From positions 124,001-188,000 of the forward strand of contig JAQGDQ010000339.1 in assembly GCA_030141605.1 (NCBI GenBank): a DNA stretch of 64,000 nucleotides, written 5' to 3'. Positions 60,701 to 64,000 of the stretch are shown here, piece by piece; position 1 is the stretch's first letter, and the number at the start of each line of letters is the position of its first letter. The notes under the pieces are model-generated. The model made no database searches, was not told where the DNA came from, and saw nothing but the letters and a program-made list of their open reading frames with translations. Origin of the DNA: Tubiluchus corallicola. Taxonomy: Eukaryota; Animalia; Priapulida. Made by a program: the position numbers and the translations under genes.

Positions 60701-63700
60701 GCATGAGCACAGTAGTAAATTTGAAATTTGAGTTTTTATTTTAAAACTTGATTAGTTTTAGTACAACACACTGAATATCTTACAGTAGAACTGTATTTCA
60801 ATTTTCGCTTTCACAAACACGTGCAACACGCTCATGGAGTATTTTTGCTGTTGGAAATTATTATTAGTTTGTGATGTCATCAGTAATAGCTAGCCCGCCA
60901 TTAATTAAGTTTTTAATCTATTATTTAATTCCGCTTTTACAGTATTAAGTGTGTTAAAATGTATACTTTTTATCGAACTTGAAAATGGGGTAGTATATGA
61001 AAAATCATCCTGTCTTCCTTTAAAATAAAATTGCTAAAAATCTTCAAACATTTAAAGCAAAACTGGACCTAATCTTAAACTATAGGTTTAAATAATCTAT
61101 TCTATAAAATATTGAAAGGAAACATACTATTTTTTAAAGAATGACTTACGTGAAAGAATTATCGCCACAACAATATAATTTCGCATGTTCTTCGTTGTTA
61201 CGTGAATTTCACCAATCATGAGATGGGTACTAGCATCTGCATCTCAGAGACTCTATGCATTGTACAAAAGACTGGTTACTCTCAGTTAAGATGTTGTTCA
61301 TTAGTACTACACTCACGCGGGGCACAGCGGTAAACTTGAAATTTCAATTTTAAATTTAAAATTTGTGGAGTTTTGTACCTCACGTTGAATGTTCTACAGT
61401 TGCACTGTACTTCAATTTTCACTTTTGCAAACACGTGCAACACACTCATGGAATATTTTTGCTGTTCAAAATTATGTTAGTTTGTGATGTCATCACTAGC
61501 TACCAGGGCTGTCTGGCATTAATTAACTACCCTGTTATTATCTTAAACACTTTGTCATTATTATAGGTGTTAAAATGTGTACTTTTTACTGCACTTCAAG
61601 GTGGGGTAAGATATAAAAAATCATGCTGTTTTCCTTTTACTTGCACTCTAAGTTTTTCAAAACAAACTGTTCTTTCAAGTTATAGTAGTATCAAAAGAAT
61701 CGCAAAGTCTTACCAACTCGAGAAACTTTGAAGTGCCCCGAAAAGAAGTCACTTTTATGCAAATTCATCAACTGCTGTGCTGAACTATGTCGTAGAAACA
61801 TTTGTGTTTTTTGTTCGTTTAGTTAGTTTTTTATGCACCAATCTGTTTTATTTTTTCTCTTCAGAAGAAATACAGTCAACCTCGGGTATAAGGTAGTTGC
61901 TTATAACGGACACTCGCTTATAATAGACCACCAACACCGGTCCCGATTTTTCGTAACGTTTTTCCTATTTTAAAGTCTTCGTATATAAGGTACTTTCGGT
62001 TATAAGGGACGATATCTTCAGGTCCCGCATAATAGAAACCCGGGTAAATTACCTCGCATATAATGGACCCTATGATCAAAGCGAAATTGATCGATTTTTA
62101 ACCTCAATTTTTCGCAAACTCCGCCTTCAAACAACTCGGTTTCCGCATTCACATACATCTCGCATCAAGGAGCTTCTAATATACCGTTTGCACTGAACGT
62201 GCAGCAATAATCCATAAAAATATGGGTAAACGTACAGAAAAGTAGAGGTCTAGATACACCCTCGGTCTGACTCAACTTCGGCTATAAGGGACATTGGATA
62301 TAATTTCCGGTCCGGAGGTGTCCCTAATATCCAAGGTTGACTATATTTAAAAAATTTAGTAGTAAGTACTTAGTAAATGCGCATTAATTTATGTAGATTA
62401 TCTTAAACTGTAATAGATTAGTTGCTGTGAACTTGTTAAATTCATTTCTACCAATTTATTTTTACAGGCTTTGGCGTGACTGATCTAGACGAGGGGAAAA
62501 AATTTCAGCACAGCTTAGCAGAGACAGCAGAATTCATTATTGATTTTTTGAATGCTCTACAAATTAAAAAGTACCAAGCACATTGGTTTGTTTTTGATTT
62601 TAACAACTGGAGTGGGGACACTCGATGGGGATGTCTTGACCTCTCTCTCTTGATCGATATCTTTACATGAAGTTACTATTGGGAACAATTTTTTGTGACT
62701 CTTGTTGTGATCTTGACCTTTGACCGTTTGAGCCAAAAAGCAATAGTTCTGCCCATCTGTGTTACAAATTCCGTAGTTATAGCCTACATGTACCCTACAA
62801 TTGTGGTCAAAGTACATCTTTTTTTTATTATATAGGTGTATTTTGACCTTGACTTTTGACCTTTCGAACCTAAGTTCTTTCTTTTGGATTTTATTGTACT
62901 GACAGACACATGCGCAAACTTGTACAATAATAAAGAGATCACGCTTACAATAATTAACAATCTTAGCTTCAACGGTTAATTAATTGAAGAAGGCTGTGCT
63001 GAAAAACTGTCCCACATACACGCAGGCTGGCATTTGGTCTCACCTATCTCTACTATGGATTTTTTATAGATATAGATATATAGATATGTATAGATACACA
63101 GCTATAGAAATAGGGCAACATGGGTATAGATATAGGGCAACATGGGTATAGATATAGGGCAACACGGGTATAGATATAGGGCAACACGGGTATAGATATA
63201 GGGCAACACGGGTATAGATATAGGGCAACACAGGTATAGATATAGGCAACACGGGTATAGATATAGGGCAACACGGGTATAGATATAGGGCAACACAGCT
63301 ATAGATATAGGGCAACACAGCTATAGATATAGGGCAACACAGGTATAGATATAGGGCAACACATGTATAGATATAGGGCAAAACAGGTGTAGATATAGGG
63401 CAAAGCAGCTATGGATATAAGGCAAAACAGGTATAGATATAGGGCAAAACAGGTATAGATATAGGGCAAAACAGGTGTAGATACAGGGCAAAACAGCTAT
63501 AGATATAGGGCAACACAAGTATAGATATAGGGCAACACAAGTATAGATATAGGGCAACACAGCTATAGATATAGGGCATTACCCAATTATTGTGGTTTAT
63601 TAGAGATATTAGCAGACTGCACAACTGCTTGTGGTGTAATAACTTTTGTGTAATAATTTCTGATTATTTAGTGCTTATATAAAAGCTGACTGAGTAACTG

Positions 63701-64000
63701 TTTGTAGCATGTTATAAAAGACATGCTTTATATGAATATTGAAAAAATATTTTCGGAGGAGAAAAATAATTTTTTTAGCACTAGGCCTCTAAAATTTGGT
63801 ACCTTCAAAATTTGGACCCTAGGCTGCAGCCTGGTTAACCTGTACATACCTGCACATACACAAACAGGTGTGACTGAACACCTATCCACCATCAGCACGA
63901 GTAAATGCATCTAAATTAAAATTTTAATTAATTATCCATGCGTTATTTTTCTACTGTAGAGTGAATTTGGTCGTGAGCCACAGTGCGGGTTGTTGGGCCG
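57799..64000 (+). CDS. Alpha/beta-fold hydrolase (DUF1057-like), 3'-partial; exons 57799-57908, 58964-59160, 60127-60258, 62468-62570, 63960->64000
   Basis: GT-AG junctions with consistent phases (2,1,1,2) give MASCSKILPTLLRQSF...VGYLDT-GDVRKGNEKPTILMLHGLPGSHKMF...RVIIPNFP-GFGVTD...AEFIIDFLNALQIKK-VNLVVSHSAGCWA, with an oxyanion HG motif and nucleophile elbow xHSxG. Exon 1 is the least certain. Confidence 0.85.
58390..58608 (-). mobile_element. hAT transposon remnant (C-terminal dimerization motif plus a terminus)
   Basis: Minus strand TFSALRRVKTYLRSTMTQTRLNNLMTLHVH, and a hAT-like end CAAGGCCGTAG with a GGTCCGGCCATGGCCGGACC palindrome. Confidence 0.75.
59897..60048. repeat. Short TATCGT/ATTGTGA tandem motifs ending in a hAT-like terminus
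   Basis: Repeated GTATC(G/A)(T/C)ATTGTGA; end GTTACGGCCCTA. Confidence 0.55.
60406..61019 (+). mobile_element. Kolobok-like MITE
   Basis: TTAA-AGGAAAACCGGA...TCCTGTCTTCCT-TTAA. Confidence 0.82.
61056..61635 (+). mobile_element. Kolobok-like MITE, second adjacent copy
   Basis: TTAA-AGCAAAACTGGA...GCTGTTTTCCT-TTTA, colinear with 60406-61019. Confidence 0.78.
61873..62343. mobile_element. Tc1/mariner-pogo-type MITE
   Basis: TIRs CAGTCAACCTCGGGTATAAGG / CCTAATATCCAAGGTTGACTA with TA on both sides. Confidence 0.82.
63066..63578. repeat. 22-bp minisatellite, about 22 copies, in hydrolase intron 4
   Basis: Consensus TATAGATATAGGGCAACACGGG; it explains the repetitive ORFs at 63053-63624. Confidence 0.96.

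Noticed and set aside
63053-63624. Repetitive Tyr/Cys/Pro ORFs
   Set aside because: Translations of a 22-bp intronic minisatellite.

Overview
AT-rich, repeat-dense window from an invertebrate animal nuclear genome (GT-AG introns, standard code; species not determinable). Left end: a decayed minus-strand Ty3/Gypsy LTR retrotransposon whose gag is split by a solo-LTR-like insert. Next come an intronless EXD3/mut-7/Nibbler exonuclease gene and a nested LINE/MITE cluster. An 8-coding-exon CD151/TSPAN11-like tetraspanin (+ strand, 16732-40233) carries, in its 13.7-kb second intron, two tandem antisense SLC16/MCT transporter genes. Its last intron ends in a minisatellite built from copies of its own splice acceptor. 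Further right are a tightly spaced, intronless MZT1-STX17 pair (101 bp apart, same strand, operon/dicistron-like), a duplicated repeat block with microsatellites, and the first five exons of an alpha/beta-hydrolase that runs off the window. Gene names come from recognising protein motifs by eye, without database searches. Exon models were read by hand from splice sites and reading phase. Repeat boundaries are approximate unless termini are quoted.
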